From assembly GCF_000012925.1 (NCBI RefSeq), contig NC_007517.1:990001-1022000 (forward strand): a DNA stretch of 32,000 bases, given 5' to 3'. Position numbers and translations under genes: made by a program. Positions within the stretch are counted from its first letter, which is position 1, and each line of letters opens with the position of its first letter. Positions 25,077-32,000 of this stretch are shown here, piece after piece. The notes under the pieces were generated by a model. The model was not told where the DNA came from, ran no database searches, and was given only the letters and a program-made list of their open reading frames with translations. This stretch comes from Geobacter metallireducens GS-15 (lineage in GTDB: Bacteria > Desulfobacterota > Desulfuromonadia > Geobacterales > Geobacteraceae).

Positions 25077-25646
25077 ATGAATGAGGAAATCATGACCCAG
25101 CTCCGGTCCCACCGGGAGGTGATGGAGGCGGTGGAACGGGAGCTGACGCCGCGGATCGCCGCCTTTGCCGGGATGCTCGTTGCCGCCCTGAAAGGCGGGA
25201 AGAAGCTCCTCGTCATGGGGAACGGAGGCTCTGCCGCCGATGCCCAGCACTTTGCCGCCGAGATCGTCGGCCGCTTCAAGATGGAGCGCCGGGGGTTGCC
25301 GGCCGTGGCCCTCACCACCGACACCTCGATCCTGACCGCCATCGGCAATGATTACGGCTTCGACGCCGTTTTCCGCCGCCAGGTGGAGGCCCTGGCCGAC
25401 GAGGGGGATGTGGTTGTCGGCCTTTCCACGAGCGGTTCGTCCCGGAACGTGTACGACGCCCTCGCCCTTGCCAATGACCGGGGGTGCATCACCGTGGGGC
25501 TCCTGGGGCGCGACGGCGGGACCCTCAAGGATATCGTCGATCTCGACGTCACCGTTCCGAGCGGCGATACCCCCCGTATCCAGGAGGGGCACATCACCAT
25601 CATCCACATCGTCTGCGATCTCGTGGAGAAGGGGTTGTTCAAATGA
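25077..25646 (+). CDS. gmhA: Sedoheptulose-7-phosphate isomerase
   Basis: SIS-domain motifs ..[19 protein letters not shown].., ..TAIGNDYGF.. and ..GLSTSGSS.N... ATG 25077 lies 5 nt after CCAGGAGG. Confidence 0.9.
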   Translation: MNEEIMTQLRSHREVMEAVERELTPRIAAFAGMLVAALKGGKKLLVMGNGGSAADAQHFAAEIVGRFKMERRGLPAVALTTDTSILTAIGNDYGFDAVFRRQVEALADEGDVVVGLSTSGSSRNVYDALALANDRGCITVGLLGRDGGTLKDIVDLDVTVPSGDTPRIQEGHITIIHIVCDLVEKGLFK

Positions 25647-26590
25647 AATACCGTCCCGTCGACCTTTCGGGAGTTTCCACCTACCCCCTTGCCGAGCGGA
25701 AGAACAAGGTGAGCATCAAAAACGACTTCGCCGGCCCGGTTTCCGCGGGGATGAGCGTTGCCGACCTTATGGGCTCGCTGCCGCGGCAACTGGGAGGAGA
25801 GGCCCTCATCGGGGTTGCCGATGCCGTGGCTGATGCCCGGGCCAAGGGAAAGCCGGTCATCCTCGCCATGGGCGCCCACGTAATCAAGTGCGGCCTGCAA
25901 CCGGTGCTGAAAACGCTCATCGAGGCCGGCGCCATCACGGCGGTGGCCCTGAACGGCGCCGGTTCCATCCATGATTACGAACTGTCGCTCATCGGTGAGA
26001 CCAGCGAGGACGTGGGAGCGGTTCTCCACTGCGGCACCTTTGGTATGGCAGAGGAGACCGGCCGTGACATCAACCGGGCCCTGAAGGAGGGAATCGCCCG
26101 GGGGATGGGATACGGCGAGTCGGTGGGGCGTTTCATCATCGACAACGGGAACCCCTTCCGGGAGTGGAGCCTCCTGGCCACCTGCGTGGAGCGGGATATT
26201 CCCGTCACGGTCCACGTGGCCCTCGGCACCGACATCATCCACCAGCATCCGGCCGCCGACGGCGCGGTCATTGGCGAGGCCACCTTCCGGGACTTCCGGC
26301 TTCTCACCTCTGTGGTGGCCGATCTCGGCGACGGCGGGGTCTACCTCAACGTGGGAAGCGCCGTGCTGCTCCCCGAGGTCTTTCTCAAGGCCCTCTCCAT
26401 CGCCCAGAACCTGGGGCACCACGTGGATCACTTCTCCACCGCCAACTTCGACATGCAGCAGCACTACCGCCCCCTCCAGAACGTGGTGAAGCGTCCCACA
26501 TCGGGAAAGGGGCGCGGCTACACCGTAACCGGCCACCACGAGATCATGCTTCCGCTTCTGGCCGCGGCGATCTTGGACCGGTTGAACTGA
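25643..26590 (+). CDS. Deoxyhypusine-synthase-like (DHS-fold) protein of unknown function
   Basis: The start ATG overlaps the gmhA stop (ATGA at 25643-25646). By eye, four segments line up with the DHS layout: ..[43 protein letters not shown].., ..[13 protein letters not shown].., ..[11 protein letters not shown].. and ..[11 protein letters not shown]... This comparison was made from memory, not by alignment. Confidence 0.5.
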   Translation: MKYRPVDLSGVSTYPLAERKNKVSIKNDFAGPVSAGMSVADLMGSLPRQLGGEALIGVADAVADARAKGKPVILAMGAHVIKCGLQPVLKTLIEAGAITAVALNGAGSIHDYELSLIGETSEDVGAVLHCGTFGMAEETGRDINRALKEGIARGMGYGESVGRFIIDNGNPFREWSLLATCVERDIPVTVHVALGTDIIHQHPAADGAVIGEATFRDFRLLTSVVADLGDGGVYLNVGSAVLLPEVFLKALSIAQNLGHHVDHFSTANFDMQQHYRPLQNVVKRPTSGKGRGYTVTGHHEIMLPLLAAAILDRLN

Positions 26591-26629
26591 ACGAGGGGCG
26601 CCCTGAGGGCGCCCTTGGAGAGAGGACGC

Positions 26630-28102
26630 ATGGAACGCAAAAACGTCGAATCGCTCTTCGCCCATGCCCGGGATATCAACGCCCTTGTCATCGGCGACCT
26701 GATGCTTGACGAGTACCTCTGGGGAAGGGCCGAGCGCATATCCCCCGAGGCCCCGGTGCAGGTGCTCGACGTGACCCGGGAGGAAGTCCGCATCGGAGGC
26801 GCCGGCAACGTGGCCAACAACCTGGTGGCCCTGGGGTGCCGGGTGAGCGTCGCCAGTGTCGTGGGGGGAGACGAGAACGGCACGATCCTTCTCCATGCAT
26901 TCTCCGGCAAGGGGGTCGACGTGTCGGGGGTTTTTGAGGACCCGCAGCGGACCACAAGCCGCAAGACCCGCGTGGTGGCGGCCAACCAGCAGATCGTCCG
27001 GATCGACCGGGAGTCCCGCGATCCCATCGGGGCCGGTTACGAGGAGAAGATCGTTGGTTTCCTCCGGGAGCAGGGAAGCCGGTTCAATGTGATCCTCATC
27101 TCCGATTACCTGAAGGGGGTACTCACCCCGACGCTTCTGGCCGCGGTGATCGCCGTTGCCCGGGAGCGGAAGATACCGGTGGTGGTGGATCCCAAGGGGA
27201 ACGATTACACCAAGTACCGGGGCGCCACGCTCCTCACCCCGAACCGCAAGGAGGCCGAGGCAGCGTCGGGGATCGCCATTCGCGACGAGGCGAGCCTTTG
27301 CAGGGCCGGCGAGCGGCTTCTGGCAACGGCCGACCTCACGGCCCTCGTCATTACCCGAAGCGAGGAGGGGATGTCTCTCTTTCTGCGCGACGGCGGCGTG
27401 GTCCACATTCCCACCTTCGCCCGGGAGGTGTTCGACGTGACCGGCGCCGGCGACACGGTGCTGGCAATACTGGGGCTGGCCCTTGCCTGCGGGGTCGGAT
27501 TCGCCGATGCGGCAGGGCTCGCCAATGTGGCGGCGGGGATAGCGGTGGGGAAGGTGGGAACCTCCACGGTGTCGCCCGCCGAGGTTATCGGCTCCATGGG
27601 GTTCCAGCACTCCGACAGCGATGCCAAGATCAAGAACCTGGACGGCCTGGCCGGGATCATCGAAGCGGAAAAGGCGAGGGGGAAGAAGATCGTCTTCACC
27701 AACGGTTGCTTCGACCTCCTCCACGTGGGGCACGTAAAGTATCTCCAGAAGGCAAAAAGCTATGGCGACGTTCTGGTGCTGGGGCTCAACAGTGATGCCT
27801 CGGTCCGCCGGCTCAAGGGGGAGAAGCGTCCCCTCATCGACGAGGCCGAGCGGGCCCACATCCTGGCGGCCCTCGACTGCATCGACTACGTGGTTATTTT
27901 CGACGAGGACACCCCGCTGCGCCTCATCGAAACCCTGAAGCCGGCGGTCCTCGTCAAGGGGGGAGACTATACGCCGGAAGGGGTCGTGGGGAAGGATGTG
28001 GTGGAGTCCTACGGCGGCAGGGTCGAGCTCGTGACCTTCGTGGATGGCCGCTCCACCACGAACATCATCGATAAGATTCTGAGGGCCTATGGTGAGGAGT
28101 GA
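26630..28102 (+). CDS. hldE: Bifunctional D-beta-D-heptose-7-phosphate kinase / heptose-1-phosphate adenylyltransferase
   Basis: It has an N-terminal ribokinase-like domain (..VIGDLMLDEY..PEAPVQV.., ..DVTGAGDTV..). It also has a C-terminal cytidylyltransferase domain (..VFTNGCFDLLHVGHVKYL..). 490 aa. Confidence 0.9.
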   Translation: MERKNVESLFAHARDINALVIGDLMLDEYLWGRAERISPEAPVQVLDVTREEVRIGGAGNVANNLVALGCRVSVASVVGGDENGTILLHAFSGKGVDVSGVFEDPQRTTSRKTRVVAANQQIVRIDRESRDPIGAGYEEKIVGFLREQGSRFNVILISDYLKGVLTPTLLAAVIAVARERKIPVVVDPKGNDYTKYRGATLLTPNRKEAEAASGIAIRDEASLCRAGERLLATADLTALVITRSEEGMSLFLRDGGVVHIPTFAREVFDVTGAGDTVLAILGLALACGVGFADAAGLANVAAGIAVGKVGTSTVSPAEVIGSMGFQHSDSDAKIKNLDGLAGIIEAEKARGKKIVFTNGCFDLLHVGHVKYLQKAKSYGDVLVLGLNSDASVRRLKGEKRPLIDEAERAHILAALDCIDYVVIFDEDTPLRLIETLKPAVLVKGGDYTPEGVVGKDVVESYGGRVELVTFVDGRSTTNIIDKILRAYGEE

Positions 28103-28667
28103 GGAGGGCCGCGCGGCCGTCTTTCTTGACCGGGACGGCACCATCAACGTGGAGAAGGAGTACCTCCACCGGGCCGAGGAGTTCGAGTTCGTCCCCGGGG
28201 CGCCGGAAGCGATCCGGCTCCTGAATGAAGCCGGATTTCTGGTGGTGGTGGTGACCAACCAGTCGGGGGTTGCCCGCGGCTACTACGACGAGGCGGCGGT
28301 CCACCGTCTCCACCGCTTCGTGGACAACGAGCTGGCAAAGGCCGGCGCCTCCATCGACGCCTACTATCTCTGCCCCCATCATCCCCGCCACGGCATCGGC
28401 CCATACCTCACCGAGTGTGCCTGCCGTAAGCCCCTTCCCGGCATGCTCCTCGCCGCGGCACGGGATCTGGGCATAGACCTTGCCCGCTCCTGGATCGTCG
28501 GCGACAAGGCGGCCGACGTGGAAGCGGGTATCGCCGCCGGCTGCCGCCCCCTGCTGGTCAGGACCGGCTACGGTATTTCGGAGGCTGGACAGGTCCCCTC
28601 TGACGTGACGGTCTGCGACGACCTCCTTGCCGCGGCCCGGGTGATTCTGGCAAGAACCCAAGAATGA
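28089..28667 (+). CDS. gmhB: D,D-heptose-1,7-bisphosphate phosphatase
   Basis: HAD motifs ..VFLDRDGTIN.. and ..VVVTNQSGVARGYY.., the Zn-binding CPHHP..CACRKP, and ..VGDKAADVEAG... It overlaps the end of hldE by 14 nt. Confidence 0.88.
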   Translation: MVRSEEGRAAVFLDRDGTINVEKEYLHRAEEFEFVPGAPEAIRLLNEAGFLVVVVTNQSGVARGYYDEAAVHRLHRFVDNELAKAGASIDAYYLCPHHPRHGIGPYLTECACRKPLPGMLLAAARDLGIDLARSWIVGDKAADVEAGIAAGCRPLLVRTGYGISEAGQVPSDVTVCDDLLAAARVILARTQE

Positions 28668-28697
28668 TGGACAGCCCCAGAAGGGGGGAGTTACGGT

Positions 28698-28727
28698 TTG
28701 ACGCTCTTTTCCCTGCTGTGCTATAAC
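28698..28727 (+). promoter_or_regulatory. Candidate internal sigma70 promoter upstream of rfbA
   Basis: TTGACG (28698-28703), an 18-nt spacer, then TATAAC (28722-28727). Confidence 0.35.
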
Positions 28728-28776
28728 CGCTTGTCAGAAGGACCATTTTGATTCAATCCCCGGTATGGAGTTCGTA

Positions 28777-29685
28777 ATGGCCATCAAGAAGGGTATCATC
28801 CTCGCCGGCGGCGCCGGCAGCCGCCTCTATCCCCTTACCCTCGTTGCCAGCAAGCAGTTGCAGCCGGTCTACGACAAGCCGATGATCTACTATCCCCTGG
28901 CCACCCTCATGATGGCAGGGATCAGTGACATCCTCATCATCTCTACCCCCCATGACACCCCCCGCTTCCAGTCGCTCCTCGGCGACGGCTCCCGCTGGGG
29001 GATCCGGCTCACCTACAAGGTGCAGCCCGAGCCCAAGGGAATTGCCCAGGCATTCCTGGTGGGGGAGGAGTTCATTGCCGGCGATCCGGTCTGTCTCATC
29101 CTCGGCGACAACATCTTCTACGGCAAGATGGGGCTCGACCGGGCCATCCGCGATTTCGCCGGAGGCGCCCTTGTCTTCGGCTACTACGTGAACGACCCCG
29201 AACGGTACGGGGTGGTGCAGTTCGACGGTTCCGGCAAGGCCATCGGCATCGAGGAGAAACCGGCTGCCCCCAAGAGCAACTACGCCGTGCCAGGGCTCTA
29301 CCTCTACGACGGGAAGGTTTCTGAGATCGCCCGCAATCTTGCCCCTTCCGCCCGGGGGGAGCTGGAGATCACCGACGTGAACCTGGAGTACCTGCGGCGG
29401 GGCGAACTCATGGTGGAAAAGCTCGGCCGGGGAATCGCCTGGCTCGACACCGGCACCCACCAGAGTCTCCTGGAGGCATCCCACTTCATCGGCACCCTGG
29501 AGGCCCGGCAGGGTCTCAAGATCGCCTGTCTCGAAGAGATAGCCCTGAGGATGGGGTATATCGACTGTCGCAAGATGGCGGAGGTGATTGCCGCCACTCC
29601 CAACTCCTCGTACCGGGAATACCTGGTGCGGGTCCATAACGAAACAAACCTGTGCGGAGGGCATGACGATGCAAAACTTTCCTGA
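28777..29685 (+). CDS. rfbA: Glucose-1-phosphate thymidylyltransferase
   Basis: ..[17 protein letters not shown]...[17 protein letters not shown].. is the canonical RmlA N-terminus. ATG 28777 is preferred because GGAG lies 5 nt upstream. ATG 28765 is possible. Confidence 0.9.
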   Translation: MAIKKGIILAGGAGSRLYPLTLVASKQLQPVYDKPMIYYPLATLMMAGISDILIISTPHDTPRFQSLLGDGSRWGIRLTYKVQPEPKGIAQAFLVGEEFIAGDPVCLILGDNIFYGKMGLDRAIRDFAGGALVFGYYVNDPERYGVVQFDGSGKAIGIEEKPAAPKSNYAVPGLYLYDGKVSEIARNLAPSARGELEITDVNLEYLRRGELMVEKLGRGIAWLDTGTHQSLLEASHFIGTLEARQGLKIACLEEIALRMGYIDCRKMAEVIAATPNSSYREYLVRVHNETNLCGGHDDAKLS

Positions 29686-30157
29686 GTTCAAGAAAGGGAA
29701 GATTCACGATGTAGCGGTGCGCCCCTTGACGAAATTCCTCGACGAGCGGGGGTGGCTCGCCGAACTGTTCCGCAGCGATGAAACCGATGCTGCCACCATG
29801 CCGGCCATGGCCTATCTCTCCATGACCCAGCCGGGGGTAGCCCGGGGACCCCACGAGCACGTGGACCAGACCGACTGGTTCTGCTTTATCGGTCCCTCCA
29901 ACTTCAAGGTCTATCTCTGGGATGCCCGGCCCACCTCTGCCACTTTCGGGGTCAAGCAGACCATCTATGCCGGCATCGATGCCCCCCTTGCCATGATTGT
30001 CCCTCCCGGCGTGGTCCACGCCTACAAGAACGTCGGCGGAGAGAACGGGATCGTTTTCAACGCGCCGAACCGTCTCTATGCCGGCGAAGGGAAGAAATCG
30101 CCGGTGGACGAGATCCGGCACGAAGAGGTGGAGGGGTCTCCCTTTACGCTCGATTGA
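29663..30157 (+). CDS. rfbC: dTDP-4-dehydrorhamnose 3,5-epimerase-family (RmlC-like cupin) protein
   Basis: ..[11 protein letters not shown].. and ..GVARGPHEH.. fit the RmlC-like pattern. 164 aa. The ATG at 29663 overlaps the rfbA 3' end by 23 nt. Confidence 0.65.
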   Translation: MTMQNFPEFKKGKIHDVAVRPLTKFLDERGWLAELFRSDETDAATMPAMAYLSMTQPGVARGPHEHVDQTDWFCFIGPSNFKVYLWDARPTSATFGVKQTIYAGIDAPLAMIVPPGVVHAYKNVGGENGIVFNAPNRLYAGEGKKSPVDEIRHEEVEGSPFTLD

Positions 30158-30263
30158 TCAAGGACGTCACAGCCGTTGCCCTTGATCGGCGATATGCCGA
30201 TCTACCCTCGAATCTTTCGGCCGAACGGACCGTTTGCGGTTCCCGAGGCCAGAACATCGCTCC

Positions 30264-31085
30264 ATGCTCGAACTGATCAGGAAATACCGGTTCCACCTGC
30301 TGACCGGCGCGGCCCTGCTGGCGGCCCTTGCCTTCTATTCCCTCAGCCTGCGGGATCGGGAGCACGCAAGCGGCTTTGAACGCATGGTCATCGATCTCTT
30401 TGCGCCGGTTCACAACGTTGGTGCCGGTGTCAGCGGTTTTTTTTCCGGCGTCTGGAATGACTACATCGACCTGGTTGACGTCCGGGCAGAGAACAAGCAG
30501 CTGCGCGAGTCGGTGAAGACCCTCAACTCCCGCCTGATCGAGAACCGGGAGGCAATCCACGAGAACATGCGGTTGAGGCAGCTCCTGGACCTGAAGGCGA
30601 TCCAGCGGGCGCCGTCGGTGGCCGCCATGGTGATCGGTGAAGACAGCTCCCCCTGGTTCAAGACCCTGGTCATCAACCGGGGGGCGGTGGACGGCCTCCA
30701 GGAAGGGATGCCGGTGGTGGCCGCCAACGGCGTGGTGGGCCAGGTGATCAAGGTGGCGGCGGGGAGTTCCCGCGTGTTGCTCCTCACCGACACCGCCAGC
30801 GGCATAGCCTCGGTGGTCCAGCGTTCCCGGGCCAGGGGTGTTGTCAAGGGGAAGGGGGGCGGTCTCTGTTTCCTCGAATTCTCCCTCCGGGAGGAAGATG
30901 TGAAGGTCGGCGACATGGTTGTGACCTCCGGCATCGGGGGGATCTTCCCCAAGGGGCTCGTCATCGGCGAAGTGACCATGGTGAGGAAGGGAGAATACGG
31001 CATCTTCCAGACCATCAGCGTTCGTCCGGCCGTGAATATGGCAAGGCTTGAGGAAGTTCTCGTTCTCTTGCAGAAGGCGCCATGA
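30264..31085 (+). CDS. mreC: Rod-shape-determining protein MreC
   Basis: It has an N-terminal TM segment, a coiled-coil region (..ENKQLRESVKTLNSRL..) and the C-terminal beta-domain ..VVTSGIGGIFPKGLVIGEV... The preferred start is ATG 30264. Confidence 0.88.
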   Translation: MLELIRKYRFHLLTGAALLAALAFYSLSLRDREHASGFERMVIDLFAPVHNVGAGVSGFFSGVWNDYIDLVDVRAENKQLRESVKTLNSRLIENREAIHENMRLRQLLDLKAIQRAPSVAAMVIGEDSSPWFKTLVINRGAVDGLQEGMPVVAANGVVGQVIKVAAGSSRVLLLTDTASGIASVVQRSRARGVVKGKGGGLCFLEFSLREEDVKVGDMVVTSGIGGIFPKGLVIGEVTMVRKGEYGIFQTISVRPAVNMARLEEVLVLLQKAP

Positions 31086-31567
31086 TCAAGTTCCTCTGGT
31101 ACGCCATCCTTGTCTTCGCGGCGCTCGTCATGCAGGTAACCCTCTTTCCTGCGCATATTGCCGATCCCTTCAAGCCCAACCTCCTGATTATTTTCGTGGT
31201 CTACATGGGGCTGCGGGAGGGGGTCGCCTGGGGGGCGCTCGCCTACGTTCTCGGCCTCATCCATGACAGTTTCAGCGGTCTCTATCTGGGACTGAACGGT
31301 TTTTCCTACCTGATCATTTTTCTGGGGCTCACCATGGTGGCCGACCGCCTCTTCACCGACCGGCGCTCGCTCATGATCCTCGGGGTCTTTTCCTCAACCA
31401 TCGTCAATGGCCTCCTGAACCTGCTTCTGCTCTTTCTCTTCTCCTCAGCCCAGGGGATTTACGCAACCCTCCTCGAAAGCCTCGTCCCCCAGGCCCTTGT
31501 CAATGCCCTGGTCGCCTCCGTTATCTTCACCGTTCCCCCCCTTGCGCGGATTGGGGAGGCCCGATGA
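31082..31567 (+). CDS. mreD: Rod-shape-determining protein MreD
   Basis: 161-aa polytopic membrane protein. ATGA start/stop overlap with mreC upstream and with the PBP2 gene downstream. Confidence 0.8.
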   Translation: MIKFLWYAILVFAALVMQVTLFPAHIADPFKPNLLIIFVVYMGLREGVAWGALAYVLGLIHDSFSGLYLGLNGFSYLIIFLGLTMVADRLFTDRRSLMILGVFSSTIVNGLLNLLLLFLFSSAQGIYATLLESLVPQALVNALVASVIFTVPPLARIGEAR

Positions 31568-32000
31568 ACGGGAAGGCCTACATCCGGCAGCCCAATGATC
31601 CCCGGAAGCAAAAGCAGATAATCATCCTGTCATGCTTCGTGGCCGCACTCTTCTTTCTGCTCCTGACCCGGCTCTGGTATCTCCAGATTGTCAAGGCCGA
31701 GGATTTTCAGAACAAGTCCGAAAGCAACCGGCTCCGCCTTGTTCCCGTGGCGGCGTCCCGGGGAACCATCTTTGATCGCAACGGCACGGTGCTCGTCAGC
31801 AATCGCCCCTCGTTCAGCGTTGCCGTTATTCCCCAGGAGGTGAAGGACCGCGATGCCCTCCTGGACCAGCTCTCTGCATATCTCGACATCGACCGGGCCG
31901 AGCTCCTGGAAAAATGGGAAAAGGGCAAGGGTAGGGCCCGGTACCATCCCATCGTCCTCGCTTCGGGGATTACCCGGGACCAGCTTGAGCTGCTGGAGGA
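31564..32000 (+). CDS. mrdA: Penicillin-binding protein 2 (elongasome transpeptidase), N-terminal fragment; continues beyond the window
   Basis: Manual translation gives MNGKAYIRQPNDPRKQKQIIILSCFVAALFFLLLTRLWYLQIVKAEDFQNKSESNRLRLVPVAASRGTIFDRNGTVLVSNRPSF... This is the typical PBP2 N-terminus. It is not in the ORF track because it runs off the edge. Confidence 0.85.
   Translation, partial: MNGKAYIRQPNDPRKQKQIIILSCFVAALFFLLLTRLWYLQIVKAEDFQNKSESNRLRLVPVAASRGTIFDRNGTVLVSNRPSFSVAVIPQEVKDRDALLDQLSAYLDIDRAELLEKWEKGKGRARYHPIVLASGITRDQLELLE

Noticed and set aside
25352-28258. 968-aa minus-strand ORF spanning gmhA to gmhB
   Set aside because: It is antisense to four well-supported plus-strand genes with canonical motifs. 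Its Arg/Gly/Pro/His-rich, low-complexity translation is typical of stop-codon-poor shadow frames in high-GC DNA.

Overview
A GC-rich (about 60% or more) chromosomal segment that looks like Geobacteraceae/Desulfuromonadales. All calls come from reading the sequence and ORF translations; no database search was possible.

Gene content, left to right:
1. An ISL3-family transposase on the minus strand, running off the left edge (1-1057).
2. A polyamine module: an XRE-HTH/cupin (PuuR-like) regulator, carboxy(nor)spermidine dehydrogenase, carboxy(nor)spermidine decarboxylase (nspC) and biosynthetic arginine decarboxylase (speA).
3. An orphan AAA+ ATPase, an MFS transporter and a small secreted protein.
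4. Two tandem, diverged porin-cytochrome (Pcc-type) extracellular electron-transfer modules. Each encodes an outer-membrane beta-barrel, a periplasmic multiheme cytochrome and a lipoprotein multiheme cytochrome. The lipoprotein partners belong to different families.
5. A small secreted protein and a YajD-like HNH protein.
6. purC and ppiD on the minus strand.
7. mreB, followed by a block of about 6.5 kb (GT2 glycosyltransferase, gmhA, a deoxyhypusine-synthase-like gene, hldE, gmhB, rfbA, rfbC), then mreC, mreD and the start of mrdA (PBP2).

Most interesting non-coding signals:
- A four-copy structured element of about 120 nt surrounds every polyamine gene. The two 5'-leader copies show compensatory base-pair changes.
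- A pair of identical palindromic operators lies downstream of a near-consensus promoter in front of the PuuR-like regulator.
- Both porin genes carry a 5' leader that is better conserved than the coding sequence.
- An AT-rich island separates the two Pcc modules.
- A GGGACC/GGTCCC repeat palindrome follows the AAA+ gene.

No rRNA, tRNA or CRISPR array was seen. Many long antisense ORFs in the track are GC-driven shadows.
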